A DNA stretch of 62,614 bases, the filler included, from Sluysia triapertura (Eukaryota): assembly GCA_046118255.1 (NCBI GenBank). It is 5 parts of 5 records of this genome, joined end to end, with 100 filler letters (N's around TTAATTAATTAA, not from the genome) between each part and the next. Parts side by side here need not be neighbours in the genome. Positions count along the whole stretch, not along the records: positions 37,113 to 49,812 come from JBJNIA010088798.1; positions 49,913 to 62,614 come from JBJNIA010088574.1; 3 more parts are not named here. One strand, 5' to 3'. This document shows positions 39,081 to 52,679 of this stretch, piece by piece. The notes beneath the pieces were generated by a model that did no database searches, was not told the origin of the DNA, and worked only from the letters and a program-made list of their open reading frames with translations. Both the position numbers and the translations under genes were made by a program. Within the stretch, counting starts at the first letter, position 1. The number at the start of each line of letters is the position of its first letter.

Positions 39081-39777
39081 TAAGATTACGACAAGACGAC
39101 CTCATGTGTGCAGTCGTAAAGCAATGATGAATTGGTTGGATATGTATAATAACAAAATAACAATTAGACGACCCAGAATACAAATAAACGTTCTGCTTAA
39201 TACAATACTGTCATACAGTTGTGATATGACGATGGTGCAGTCGTGTCCACTCAAAAAGGATAGAGTATTAGAATTCGTTAACAACACCAAACCGTTCAAG
39301 TTAATCGTTTCATTAGATGAAGTTGCATATACTATTACCGAACCTATTACGAACTTAGGTAATTCTTTTATATTACAATTTTATTATAATTACTTTTATA
39401 ATCATTGTTATATTTTTTTAATTGTAGTAATTTTGCCATTCACCAAGTCAATGAATCGAGAGATATTAACAAAATTTAAATTAATTAATAATTCCATACC
39501 GTTTTATGTTTTACAAATAAATAGTTGTAAATTTTGTCTTCATGAATTTGATTTTTATTTTATACGAATTTTAAATGTTCATATTAAGACATCAATGTAT
39601 CATACATTATACTTTAAAATAATAGACCAAACAATCATGATTCCAATTGATATTTATAAAATTCATATTTCAAAAACTTACAAATTATCTAACGTAACAG
39701 CACCATTTAATCTAATAATCATCTACATGATGATCATAAACAAATTATGGCACATTATAACCCCATCCACACCATAG
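39064..39777 (+). CDS. Family B downstream ORF (237 aa), probably the frameshifted continuation of 38030-39073
   Basis: Overlaps the previous ORF and begins with LLDKFK, continuing the 13-aa repeat phase. No known domain. Confidence 0.4.
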   Translation: MLLDKFKITTRRPHVCSRKAMMNWLDMYNNKITIRRPRIQINVLLNTILSYSCDMTMVQSCPLKKDRVLEFVNNTKPFKLIVSLDEVAYTITEPITNLGNSFILQFYYNYFYNHCYIFLIVVILPFTKSMNREILTKFKLINNSIPFYVLQINSCKFCLHEFDFYFIRILNVHIKTSMYHTLYFKIIDQTIMIPIDIYKIHISKTYKLSNVTAPFNLIIIYMMIINKLWHIITPSTP

Positions 39778-39940
39778 TTTATTTTATAATTTATTAACAT
39801 TTTTATTGAATGACAATTATACAATTTATTTTTTGAGGAATTAAAATTTACAACGGCGTTACCAGATAAATTAGAGAGGATAAAAACAAAAGAAGGCAAC
39901 ACATAAAGGTTTTATGGACATAACATTTAATAGTACAAGA

Positions 39941-41145
39941 CAGAAGTCGTCAGCATTTTGGGGCCTGATTGCGTTTTATGAGAGTGTCGAACCTCAGGGG
40001 TTTTTAAAAATATTACATAAAAAATTTTATCAAAAAGTATTTTTTCAAATTGCTTAAAATCAATAAAATAATGAAGATTCTTAAAGATATTTTAGTTCTA
40101 TATATAATAAGCAAGTAAATTGACAAAAAACAATGTATTTTAAAAATCTTTTGTATTCAAAAATCCAAAATTTGAATAATTATTGGGAAGCTTGATGTTC
40201 TTTGTCACCTGAAAGCTTCTCAATATTGGGTGCCAGGCTTGTCGATGCCAACAGCAAAACATTATTAAAATTGCTATCGGTTAATCTTGTTCTCAATTTG
40301 TTTTAGTATATATCAATTTTGAAAATAATTACTCACATTAGTGAGTGCTTCCAAACAAAGATATCTTTTTTTGCATGGTTCACTAGGTTAGAATACTTTC
40401 CATTTGAATAAATGTATTTTCTATAAAAATCAAGCAAATAAACATCGGAGTGAAATTGTAATTTCAATAATTCGTCACAGTGCATTTCCGCATCAAAAGG
40501 ATTAGCAAAGAAGCTTGAATTCATTCTTCAGATTTTTGATTAGATTCACAAATATTTCTGGATTTTGTGGTTTGTATTCTTGAAGGGATGGTATCTAGTT
40601 TTCATGCTGAAGCTGACATTCTCACAAGTGTAGTTTTCTTTAAAATGTAAGACTATGACCAAATATTTCATTTATAAGCTGAGATTTACCTAGCAAGTGT
40701 AAATTCAAGTTATTTAAATGACTACAGTTGAAAAATATTGCATTCGCTGCAGGCGTTCATTAAACAACTTTTAACATCTAATGACATCTCTTCAGTACGT
40801 CTTGTGACAGTCCTATCTGATAGACTTATGGAAGAAAATAATGACTTTTTCTGGAAAACAATGTCCACCACTCTCATTAAACATTATTTAATAAATTTAC
40901 CATCCACAAACGGTTTCATCTTTTCAGCGATAAATCTTGACACTTCATAGCTTGCATGCGTATTAGCTTCACATTCACTTATTTTCTTCGTAAAAATGAG
41001 GTCTGCTTTTCAAAGTTTGATTTAAGCTGCTTAACTTCATCATTCAAATGATGGGTCATGAAGTGACACTTGATATTTGCCACTTTATTCACAGCAACCT
41101 TTGCAAGGCAAAATAATTTCGCGGGCCGTAGGTTGCCGAACCCTG
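39941..41145 (-). mobile_element. Internally deleted hAT transposon (SPIN/Charlie/GTF2IRD2-like)
   Basis: TIRs CAGAAGTCGTCAGC and (reverse complement) CAGGGTTCGGCAAC. 8-bp TSD GTACAAGA/GTATAAGA. Remnants ASYEVSRFIAEKMKPFVDGKFIK, SISLSDRTVTRRTEEM and LRTRLTDSNFNNVLLLASTSLAPNIEKL. Confidence 0.9.
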
Positions 41146-44100
41146 GTATAAGAGATTGAATCACAAAAGAAATAGAATTATTACCAACTCTTACTTTGAT
41201 ATTTTTTGCAATGTGATCATGTGAGATGTGACAAAAACTGCAGACAAATATAAAAACATAATGGAATAAATAATTTGATTATTTTATGTTTAATAATTAT
41301 AATTTATGATACCGTGATAAATGAGGTTAGTTAATATGAATGCTTTAATGTTAAATAATCAGTTTTTTCTATTCAATTACATTTACTCTATAAATATTGT
41401 TTACAGATATCAAAAAAGAAAAAATTATTGCAAATTAAGTTTACAGATTAAACGATGTTGATAAATAAGATTTTGGAAGTTGAATGGGTGGACATAACAC
41501 ATAAAATATCAAATATGAAATGATTGTTAAATAGTTCATTCCGTAAGAATATCATCAAATTCAAGACCTTCGATCAAGGATCATCTACTAGGTAAGAACT
41601 ATGATTGTGACCAGTATGTCTGGTTCATCGTCTGCATTGATAGGAGATGGAATATCAAAATGATGTTTGTTTTAACTGCGTTTGTTGACTGTGATAATGT
41701 TTTATAGTACACTGAGTGAACTGATGGCCGATCACCGTATTATTTCGTATAACAGAACAAAGCATAATATTTGAATTATTTGATGTTCTTAACTGTCGAT
41801 TTAAAGATAATGGAGCTTGATTATGTGTAGATATGACATGGAAATTGTTGCTATTATTAGTAGTAGCCAAAAATATTGGACTACTACAATTATTAGATGT
41901 GAAAGTGAATGAATGAGCATGTTGTCTAGTAACATCATTATTTTCACGATATTATGACTTAGTAAAATGTTGCTATCTCTTGCGTTACTATATGCTGTTT
42001 ATTGATAGGAACTGAGTAGTACTTTTCATATCTACAGACTGGGCCAAAATAGTATTTTTTATTTTAATATCTGGCATACCGACTCATTCCACTATTACTA
42101 TCACCTTCATAATTATTTGAGTTTGTAAAAGTGTTAAAAGAAATGAGATGCAAGTTAAAATAAAGAAAAAATATGATAGAAGGTTAGGAAGAATTAAGAG
42201 TGTTTTTGTAGAAATTTCATTGTTATAAAAACTGTCTATTTTTAAGTTTTTTATGTTGGTGTTCTAGGTTTGTATGCGATTGTATATATGTTTAATATTT
42301 TGAGTGTTAATTGCGGTGTTTTGTTTATTTGTTTTGGATGAAATTTTAAATGATAGGTTTGAACCACCACAATTAGAACCTAACATAAGAAAACTAATTA
42401 CAAATTCTCCTTTAGTTTGGATACTGTTACTGTTATCTTAATACACTTTTGCTAATTCTCTGATATTGATCTTATGAATACATTATTTCCTTCGCGTCAT
42501 GGCTTCAAACTCAATAAAAAGATATCATTTATATAAATGATATGTGCAATGATAATATATATTGTTTTTTATTTACTTAACAATTTAAAATTTTATTTCG
42601 ATTTGTACTAGAATATGGCAGGCAAATTAGTATTCTATTTATACCATTCATTACAAGGTGAAGTATTACAGAACTATTACAAATTATTATGAGGCAAAGA
42701 TGAGCATCCTTGATACTGATTATAATGCGATCACAGATTCATATTAGTATATATAATCATAGCTTGTTCTATTCTTAACTTTAATTCAGAGAGTTAATAC
42801 ATACTAGTTAACAGATGGCCAGTAGAAATTATAAGCACTAGTATACCTATTATTTTTATCAATCTTGTAATTTTGAGTTTGATTTATTTAACACTCAAAC
42901 GTACTATTAATAAACGATGTGATATATGACAATAATGAGTGAAAAGGCTAACGTATAGTGAATACAACATAATAATTAATTATTAGTAATTAAAAATAAA
43001 ATTATATAATAATAATATTATTAAAATTAAATGAATAATAATAATGTATACTATTAATAAAAAATTATTTTGAAAGTTTAAAAGCAGAAATAAATTCCAA
43101 CCAATTCCTGATCAAGTATCACGATAAATCGCTATAAATAGCGATCAAAAATAGTAAATATAAGAAGCTTTATAGACTAATTAACAAAGCATTTAGTTGA
43201 ATTATAAATTTGCACGTAGATAATTTGGAAAATACATTAATTTACCATTTAGTTTACACATAACATGAATTTGAGTCTAGAGAAAACGATTTACGGTGAT
43301 GCAATTTATAATAGGATCGTGTTAGCCTTTTCATTTAAGTTTTGTATCCCTAAGCGATACATAAAATCGACTAAAAATCATATTTAAATTTTTTGACCGT
43401 TTTAAATAGGTCAATAAAATAAATTTAAAATTTTAGTTTTCAAATAAATTTCTCGTACTTTAGTCTGGTAAATTTGTTAGAATTTTTATTGTCACGTATT
43501 GTCAAACTTTATTTAATATTTTTGAATAAAAAGAATCAAAATTTTATAGTTTTAAGGTTATAAAATAGTTACATTATCTGTTTTAACTGGTTATTTTAAA
43601 TGCACCTATAAATATATTTTCCAGTCCTATTTTAAATAAGGACTTAAAATATCTTATAAATAAATTGTTAAAATAAGTGTTAAACCTTCATTAGAGACTC
43701 TAGTATAACAACTACTGAGAGAGTTAATAAATTAATAATAAAACAGTCGAACTAGTTTAAGAAATAACTAACTCTTATTATTACTGTTTCGTTTATGAAT
43801 CTTGTGAACAAGTCTTACTTCAGTAAGTTTTGGATCACAGGCGAACTCACTGAATTTTTAAATTAATTTGTGCTAGTAGGATTAGAAGAAATCACAGTTG
43901 TACTATTATTTTCTTTTCTTGCCATTTGTAGATTTTTAGCCGAGAAACGCATGTACAAATGCTTCCACTACTTTAATATTAAAATCTGTATACATTTTAA
44001 AATTATTAGTATCTTTAAATTTGAAAATATTTTTTCTGGCTTCAACATAAATAGTTTGTTGTCTGGATACTAAATATTCTGTATGATAGTGGAATTGCCA

Positions 44101-46738
44101 TGTTGATCAGTACACATTTTGTGCCTCTATGGTTTATTAAAAGTTATACAATTTTCGTTAATCGAAACTGAGTGAATTTTTGGCCAATCCATACGTACAA
44201 CAGCTTGGTAAGTAGAATTATAATAATAAGCTAACTCACAAAATTTCATTCAATTACAGCCATAAAGACATACCGTGTTTTTCTTAATTCTTAACCTACG
44301 GAAAAATAAAATTAAGCAGATTACAGTAAACGACTTATGACGTAGAGTGGTTGTTCCTGTAACTAAAATAATCGTGTTTTATATGAAAATTTGAATTAAT
44401 ATATTACTTTAGTAATTATTCCTACTCTGTGGTAAATCTATAATTCGAGATAATCTAATCGAAATTTTATTCTCTTAACTTTATTCTAATCTCTTAAGTA
44501 TTTCACTAAAATTATTAAACAAAAATGTTTAATATTTATTACAAAAATTCAAAGGTTCTCAGATTATATAAAAATATTTAATTTTAATTTGTTTGATTTT
44601 AAATTTTTTTTCTTCAATAAATCGGAAAATAAATGAGCAAATAAATTAATATAGATTTTACCTCGGATTTTAATATTTTGATCAAAAGAATCAAAACAAT
44701 CTTACAGAAATAACTTACTAAAATGGATGGAAATAATTTGATAGGAAAATTGTTGTTGAACGCCAATTGATAACTTCACTTTACATAACTTTTATTGTAA
44801 TCCGAATTGATTTTTGTTTTTGAGCTGATGAATAACTAATTTTATTTGTGATTTTAAACTAAATTTATGTTAGTATATATCAGTCACCAGCCAATCAAAA
44901 AATAGAATTTCTTGAAAATGTTTTTGTTTCGAAAATATGTTTAGAAAATAGGTTTCCTTTTTTGGAAATAATTTTTTTCATGGAAATTGGCTATTTTAAA
45001 TGATTTGTGTTAAGAAATTTGATGATTTGAGAGGTTGCGATGACAACTTAACAAACACGAAGAAATACGTTGCTATATAAAGAGATTGATTCCGAAATAT
45101 TTGAAGATATTACTACAATTAAGTGCATACATTCGTACTTCGAGAAATAAGTCTGTATTTATTATTATTTTAAATAATTCGCGAACAGGAAGCTAAAAAT
45201 GTATTTCTAAATTCATAAATATATTTGGATGTATAATGTTTATGACTGTTGCGTTATTAGTCTTTAAATTATTTATTATTTTAACAATTAGAAAATTACA
45301 ATTTATTCTAAAATTTTTATTAAAAATTATAAGTTTAATTGAATCTTTACTAAATAACAAAAGAAAATGACAAAGGGATGACATAAATTTATTTGAGATA
45401 TAATTGAATATTATATTTAAATTTGTAACAAAAAATTGTTGCTTATACCCAATCTCCCGGTCAGTTTGCGAATTCCGAAATAAAAATAGTCAACATAAAT
45501 TAATTTGATAGCAATATGATTAAAAATTACCTTTAATAAAAAATTGTCAGAAAGAATGTTCGGTCTAATGTTATTAGGCAGATCCTTTTTAAGTTTGGAT
45601 TCAAATTCGTGAAATAAAAATGTATGACTATTTTCTAGAGTAAATTTTACTTATTCCACATTCAATGTTTCTAATACATATATAACTTGTTTGTAAAATA
45701 CAAAAATCGTATTGATTGAATTATCAGTTTCATCTAAATCAGAGTCTCAAAATTTGACTGATTTTTTCTACTGATAATGTAGGAAAAGTAGTACAGTGAC
45801 AAAAAGCGTTTTAATTTGTTCAAACGTAGGCGTAAACGTCACAGTTTTATATAATTTCAAATAAATTAGCACATTAAAAATTAAAAAACAATTTTTTATT
45901 TCTACGTTATATATATCCATATTAAATGACATACAATACTTTGAACCACTAAAATCATCAGGTAATACCGAATCAAGAACTGAATGACGCTTTTCTAACA
46001 AATTATACTTTCGAAGAGTTTTACTTAAGCATTCATTAAAATAATTACCTGATTTGATTTCTTTCGATCGTTCTAAATTCCGAAAACAGTTTTGTATTCT
46101 TCTACCAACTTTCCGTTTCATTTCACTATGACATTTGCTGTTACACTCTTTTAAATAATTTAAATATCCTTTTCAATTTCAATATTAAATCGATTTAATA
46201 TTCCATTACTATTAGCAACAAAATTTTTGTCGACAATATCCGTTCATAAGAAATACAAATATGACGAAATAATCTTTCCATACGAATTGGAAATTGTACC
46301 TTATTATTTGTTTTGTCAATACATAACTCCAACCAAACTTCAAAATCATAGCAGTCATTCTGTTCAGAAAACTTTTAGAGTCTAAACAAAAGAACTAAAT
46401 TACAATCTAAAATTTCTTCTGGTACACTTTCATTACTAATTTCATTAACATAAATTAACATATCTTGCGGTTGATCTAAAAAGAATTTACTAATTTTTGA
46501 CATATTTTCTTTTATCATAGGCATCTGGAGTACGAACGATTATGATTTAGTTATTTGAATACAAAATGTTCAATCAATATCAGCAGTCAAATGTTTGCTC
46601 CAATTATTTATTTTTTTAACTCTTTTATTCTTGTCCAAAAAATTTTTCAATCTGTTGCTACTTTTAAAATTTTTTAAAATCACTCTGTACACAGTAAATT
46701 GTAATTGTGGAATTCTAATGTTGTAAATGAATAATGAA

Positions 46739-46935
46739 TTTGATTGGGTGACCAATCGTTTGATTTTTGTAATGCAGAATAAATAAGATATTAGAATGTC
46801 ACTCGTCAACCAATCAAAAATGAGAGGCATAAAATTTAATTGAATTGTAAAAAAACCTGGTAACCGTCATCAATTTATGTTAAATCGATTATTTGTATTA
46901 AACTAAATTAGAAACTGTCAATTGATGACGGTTAC
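46739..46935 (-). ncRNA. Two-hairpin structured module, copy 7
   Basis: HP1 gtaaccgtcatcaatt/aattgatgacggttac (16 bp perfect, 46860-46935). HP2 tttgattgggtgac/gtcaaccaatcaaa (46739-46818). Decayed minus-strand ORFs follow (45768-46121). Confidence 0.5.
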
Positions 46936-47309
46936 AGGGGTTAGTAAATTAAAAAATTGCTAAAAATTAACAATTTAGATTATACAAAATTAATTAATGA
47001 ATAAAAATGATAATAATAAAAATTAGAAAAATTACGAAAATTACATAAACCATTTATTATCTTAAAACATGAACTTGATTCTTTTGTAAATTAATCTCTT
47101 CTCTTTACATATTATCTCCTTTGAATAAGATTTGTTGAGCGACTAGAAAGATATGAATTATGGAAAAAGCTGATAAGAGAATATTTAAAGGAAACAATGG
47201 GTAGCTAAAATGTTAAAAGATGTTATTTTGATTTCAATGTCCAAAAATAGTTTAAAATTGTTAGGTTAATGTTTTTCGATGAAATTTCAAGAAATAAATA
47301 TGGTATCGG

Positions 47310-47606
47310 AGATTCGGTCATAATAAAACATGAAATTCCACTAATAGAAGACAAATTAATTAGAAAGAAATTATATATAATTCCGTTATGTAATCAACAA
47401 GAAATGAAAAACCAGTAGATACAATGAAAAATGCCGGAGTAATTAGACCAAGTTTTTCACCATTTTCTTCGTCAGTTTTACTAGTTAAGAAAAAAGATGG
47501 AACAATGAGATATTGTATATATTTTAGAGAATTAAATAAAATAACAAGAAAAGATTTATTTCCATTGCCAAGAATTGATGAAGTGTTAGAATACTTGGTA
47601 TACTAA
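47310..47606 (+). mobile_element. Ty3/Gypsy reverse transcriptase N-terminal fragment, decayed
   Basis: IKHEIPL...[55 protein letters not shown] is a typical Gypsy RT start; upstream stop, truncated before YxDD. Confidence 0.9.
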
Positions 47607-48409
47607 TTTAGCCTGGATGTGGCTATAAAAGGAAAGAGAAAACATAAAATTATACTTAAAAAATTTTAAATAAGTAATCTATTAATTTTGTGTCGTTTTA
47701 CTCTTATATATTAAGTAAAATAAATAATTTTAGGAAGACATATTTTTTCTTCTTTAAAAAGGGGTTAATAGGCTTTGGAGATTTCAACAATTTCATCTCT
47801 TTTCTTTATATAAGTGTTTTAGTTGACGCCTTTTTCTATTGCATCTTTGTGATTTGGACAGATTTTATGGAAAATTGGGGGAGGTCTTACCCACCAGTTC
47901 TTACTAAGGTTCTTTCTCTTTATTGTTGATAAATATCAATACCAGGTTCTTCGGAAGCATCCGTTATATACTCAACGGTGAAATCATATGAGCGACAGAA
48001 TGTGCGCTTATAATAGATGTCACAATCAAAGATGGTTGTTTTGCATAATGGGCAAACAGGCAAAGGTTATGACGAAAATTCAAAAAGGCTATATAGACAG
48101 AAAAATGGAAGTAGTGAAAACAAGGAGAAGTTTTTTAAAAATACTTTCGGTTAGAGCGGAGGCAGATATGAGTGGAATATGACATATCCAGCTGAAAAAA
48201 ATATATAATAAGATGATAAATAAGTAGTATTAGAAATATTAAAAATCCTAAACCTAAATAAAAGTTAAGTAATATTTTAGTTGGTTCATGACTCGAGATG
48301 GATGGTAAACCATCACATAAGTCATTTGCACGATCCTTACTATTTCTAATAACAAGTTTAATATTAATATATATAAATTTAATATCACATATGGTCACTT
48401 ATGCAATAC

Positions 48410-49812
48410 TGTTGTAGCTTAAATCCAAATTATTAAGAATTTAATAATTAAATTAATTCTAAATTTTTTAATGTGTCTTCAGCGATCGTGAAATGGTTAC
48501 TAATTGTTGATTATCCTCTAAATTTCAATACATTCACAGAATTAATGAAAATTCTAAATTACATATTAAAATCCTTGAAAATCCAATTAACAAGTACAAT
48601 TTGTCACAAATTTTCTTATAAATAATAACGAAATTTATTCAACACAAAAATTATTTATTATTATTTTTAAATTAAAAAAACTATATTAAGTCAAATATAT
48701 AACATGAGTAAAAATCAAAATCAAATATAATAATGAGTAAATTAACTAAAAATGATTAGGTCTTCAACAATATTAATTAAAATATCAATATCCACAGAAA
48801 TTAGAGTCAATAACAATTGTATTTATATGTGGTCAAATGACTTTATTTTAACTTAATAACCAAAAAACAAACTGTAAAAATAATTTGGGCAGGGAGTCTC
48901 CCACTATTCAATTAAAATCAACAGCTAAAAGTTAAAAAGAATCAAAATTCAATCTTAAAATAATAGTTAAAATAATAGTTAAATAATAGAAATTCTGACA
49001 GGGAGCCCCAAAAAATATTTAAATTTATCAATAGACAAAATTCCCCAAAATAAAAAATGGTATTTTAATTAATTAAAATTATAAAATAAACAGAAATGTT
49101 ACCATCATGATGGATTTTCATTTTCTCGTAAACGTTGTCTCGAGTGTTGTAGTGTGAAAAAGTTTCTATATATTCGTTTTTACATCTCTTTACTGTCCAA
49201 TCACTCTCAAACTCACAGTCAGGAACTACCTTTACACAAATCATCAAAACCTCGTTTAAAGATTAAACCGACTTAAACGACTTTGACATTTACATGGTAC
49301 GAACTGTCAAGCAAAACACAACAATTCGATTAACTCTCATTTTTTCTTCTACTCTACTCGATCTATTTTTTCATGAATCATTTCTTACATCAAAATAATA
49401 ATTATTATTATTGACATACTTAAAAATAATGAATTTAACTTTAGTTTTTACATCTTAATTAATTTTCAATTCCTCACACTCAATTTCTTAATGGAAAATG
49501 TTTAAGGTTCTCATTCCCAAACAAACTATTTCAACCTCATTTTTGGATTCTCCTATTTCATAGCAATCATTCCATACCCAACTCATTATCTCTTCATCAT
49601 ACTAAATATGAAAATTTCATCATTTTAAATTAAATATTAATTAAAATTCGACTTTGCTGAATATAGAGGCTTTCCTCGCATGAATTCGGTCAAACCTTAT
49701 CTCTTTAAAACACATACATGTACAATTAAAGTTTCAACATAGTATTCCTCATTCAAAAGTTATTCACACAAACGTAATTTTCCTTAATTAAGTTAATTAA
49801 GATTTTAATTAA
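48410..49812 (-). mobile_element. Family A copy 3, truncated by contig end
   Basis: Begins TGTTGTAGCTT (compare TGTTGGGGCTT, the reverse complement of the copy 1 end). 49270-49812 aligns with 23720-24280 and with the reverse complement of 2560-3110. Confidence 0.75.
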
Positions 49813-49912
49813 NNNNNNNNNNNNNNNNNNNNNNNNNNNNNNNNNNNNNNNNNNNNTTAATTAATTAANNNNNNNNNNNNNNNNNNNNNNNNNNNNNNNN
49901 NNNNNNNNNNNN
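49813..49912. other. Artificial contig spacer
   Basis: N44-TTAATTAATTAA-N44. Confidence 0.95.
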
Positions 49913-51559
49913 ATTAAATTGTTTAATTCTTCAGATAACTCCTTTGATAAATCCAAATTGTACACTTTAAAATCGTTGGTTCTTAACATAATAGTAAGAT
50001 CGTTAACAACTTTTACACTATCAATAACTCGTAATAGCGAAGAAAATTATTTATCTTTTTGTTCCGTACGAATTATCATCATATAAAGAATAGAATGACA
50101 TAAAACGCCAGTTAAGACATGCGTTGAAAACATCATTAATTTTGCATCGATATTCATGTATAGTGCAATCAAATCTTGATCCATTTTAATGTTTAAGCAC
50201 GAAGAAAATTTACTAATTGTATCAGCTAATTTTTTATTGTCTGAATTATTTATTAAACTCATTAGCAAATTTTTATTTAAGTCAAATAAATTTTTGATTG
50301 AATCACTAAACTACTCAAAATTAGTTTCTAATTCTGTCTGACTTCTGCCTGATTGAAAATTGTGAATTTTAATTAACTCTGTCTTATTTTTTGTCATCCA
50401 ATCAGAGTATTGAAAAGTAAAATGTATAATATTTTGTAATTAGTTGTACTCTGATTGGGTCACGTTTGGTGAGTAGATGAAAATGCCAATAATCAAGGAC
50501 TGACGAAAATTGATTTTTATAAAGTATGTCTGATTGCGACCATCATCAACGTTGACAGTCTAATGAAAGATATACATAGACTGCCATCGTTGGTGATGGC
50601 AGCAACCAGTTTAATCAACGTTAATCAAATTTTTATTTATTTTACAATGGTATTAATAATAATAATAACAATAATAAGAACAATAAAATTATTGTTATTA
50701 TTATTCTTGTAAAGACTTAAAAAAGAAAAAAAACGCATAAACCTTTTAAAAAATCTTGACATAATCTTTTCTGTCGTTATCTTGAATTGTTCTACATATC
50801 AACAAAAAGGAATAAAATAATGTCATATTGTGAAAGAACAACAGGAACTAAATATATGATGTATCATTTGTGGTTGTTGTTTCACAGTATGATAATGAAG
50901 CCTTTAAAGTTTTCTTAAATTTGTTTTTAACAGATGTAATGGTTTAGGTTGTAAGTGAAATGAAGAATGTTAGAATGATTTATTGAAACTTATTGAAGGT
51001 TTATAAGTTAAAATCAAGATTTATTCATTAGATTTAATGGTTTAATGAAAGGTTAAAGTTATTTTAATTTTAAATGATGATTACAAAATAAATCTTGATA
51101 TATCATAATGTTATTGCGAATAATTGTGAATGATGAATAAGGATATATGAAGTGGGTTTAGGTCGGTGTTGTTGATTAAGGTTTTAGATGGATTGATCTA
51201 TGTTTCTTAAGTATTTGTTAGGGTTATTTGATAATGCTATTATATTTATGATTTGTGAAGTTTATATTATGATTGTGGTTTGTTTGTTGAAGTATCTGGT
51301 GATTGAATGTTGTGAATTGTTCGAGGCTAGATGTCGAAGTTTGTTATGCTATGGATGGTTGAAATGTTAGTTGGATTGTTTATATGTGTGAGTTGATGGA
51401 GTGTTGAAAATGTCGAATGTTATTTTATGATGTTTGTGTTGGTGTAGTTCGAAAGTAAAAAGTGTGATTATTTTAAAATTTGAATTTTGGTGAAATTAAA
51501 TTTGTGAATGATGAATATAAATTTTTGATGGATTTTAATTATGAGTGTTGGCCACTACA
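49913..51559 (-). mobile_element. Family B copy 5, 3' part lost at contig edge
   Basis: Ends GGCCACTACA (51559). Reverse complement is colinear with 5862-7000. Hairpins 50540-50599 and 50397-50459; ORF 50047-50268. Confidence 0.75.
50397..50599 (-). ncRNA. Two-hairpin structured module, copy 5
   Basis: Minus-strand HP1 ccatcaccaacgatggcagtcta/tagactgtcaacgttgatgatgg (23 bp, 2 mismatches, 1 G-U). HP2 ccaatcagagta/tactctgattgg. Confidence 0.55.
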
Positions 51560-51676
51560 AAGGGCACTTCTTTCTGTATTAAAAATATTATAGTGAATAA
51601 TTTATTTCAAGTGCTTTTGAGTGATAATTTTGCAGTCGATATTAGCGCAATATATTAATATAATAAAATATTAATA

Positions 51677-51719
<43 letters not shown>

Positions 51720-52679
51720 ATTTTAAAGTTACATATTTGAATTATTCCAGATATAATTTAAAATTCATGGTTCGTAAATATGATTTTATAAATATTTAAC
51801 TGTATTACACGAAAGAAATTTTCTTTTATATTTACTTGATTACCTTTACTAAAATGTTTAATTTTGATACAAAGTACATAGTACACAATGTTACATTAAT
51901 GGGATGGTGATCTACCAAAAGCATTATAAGACAATTTATAACACTAAAAATGTAAATATTATCATAGAATAATTTATGACGTCACGAGTCTCTGGTAGAG
52001 GTACACTGAAATCATTTAGATTGCATAGAACATGTATAAGGATAACATTTAAGTAAAATGTAGGGACTTATCTATATACCGCATTTGAAGCCAAGTAGAA
52101 CACTGACCGCTTTGATAGTATTTTCTAGAAACTTTATTTTGGAAATTGCGTCGTAACCGATATCAGCACCATTCTGAGCATTTGTGGATCGCAATAATTT
52201 CTTCCTAGATTTATGGACTATTGATATTGATATGTATTCCTTCAAATTCAAGCCATAATCAACTTGAATCCGTATTGAAAGATAAACTGACTACACCATA
52301 TCGTTGAACTGACACAAACTCACATCAAAAAATAAACGCCTCGAGTGCATTCAGAAGATAGTTGAAACACAAATGTCGTTTTAAATGATTTGTCAAAAAA
52401 TCTATTATGAAAAATTACGAAAAATTTTTCTTTACAAAATTGCTAAATATTCATATTGTTTCTTAATTGTTCATGCTGGACAGAAATTTTCTTATGAGAT
52501 TCGTTAAAAAATATAAAAATTGCACTATTTCTAATTAAAATAATGTAAACATAATTAATTAAAATAACATAAATTAAAATACTTATTTAATAATTCGTCA
52601 AAATAGTTATTATTATTATTATTAATTTTATTATTTTATTACTATTATTATTACTATTACTGTCACTATTATTATTATT

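Larger units (their letters stand above)
37113..39925 (+). mobile_element. Family B copy 4, 5' end lost at contig edge
   Basis: ATT tract 37270-37400, hairpins 37449-37602, ORFs 38030-39777. Right boundary approximate. Confidence 0.6.

Noticed and set aside
47850-48400. RNase H-like ITDASEEPGI on the minus strand (DIRS or LTR remnant)
   Set aside because: Single short motif among many stops.
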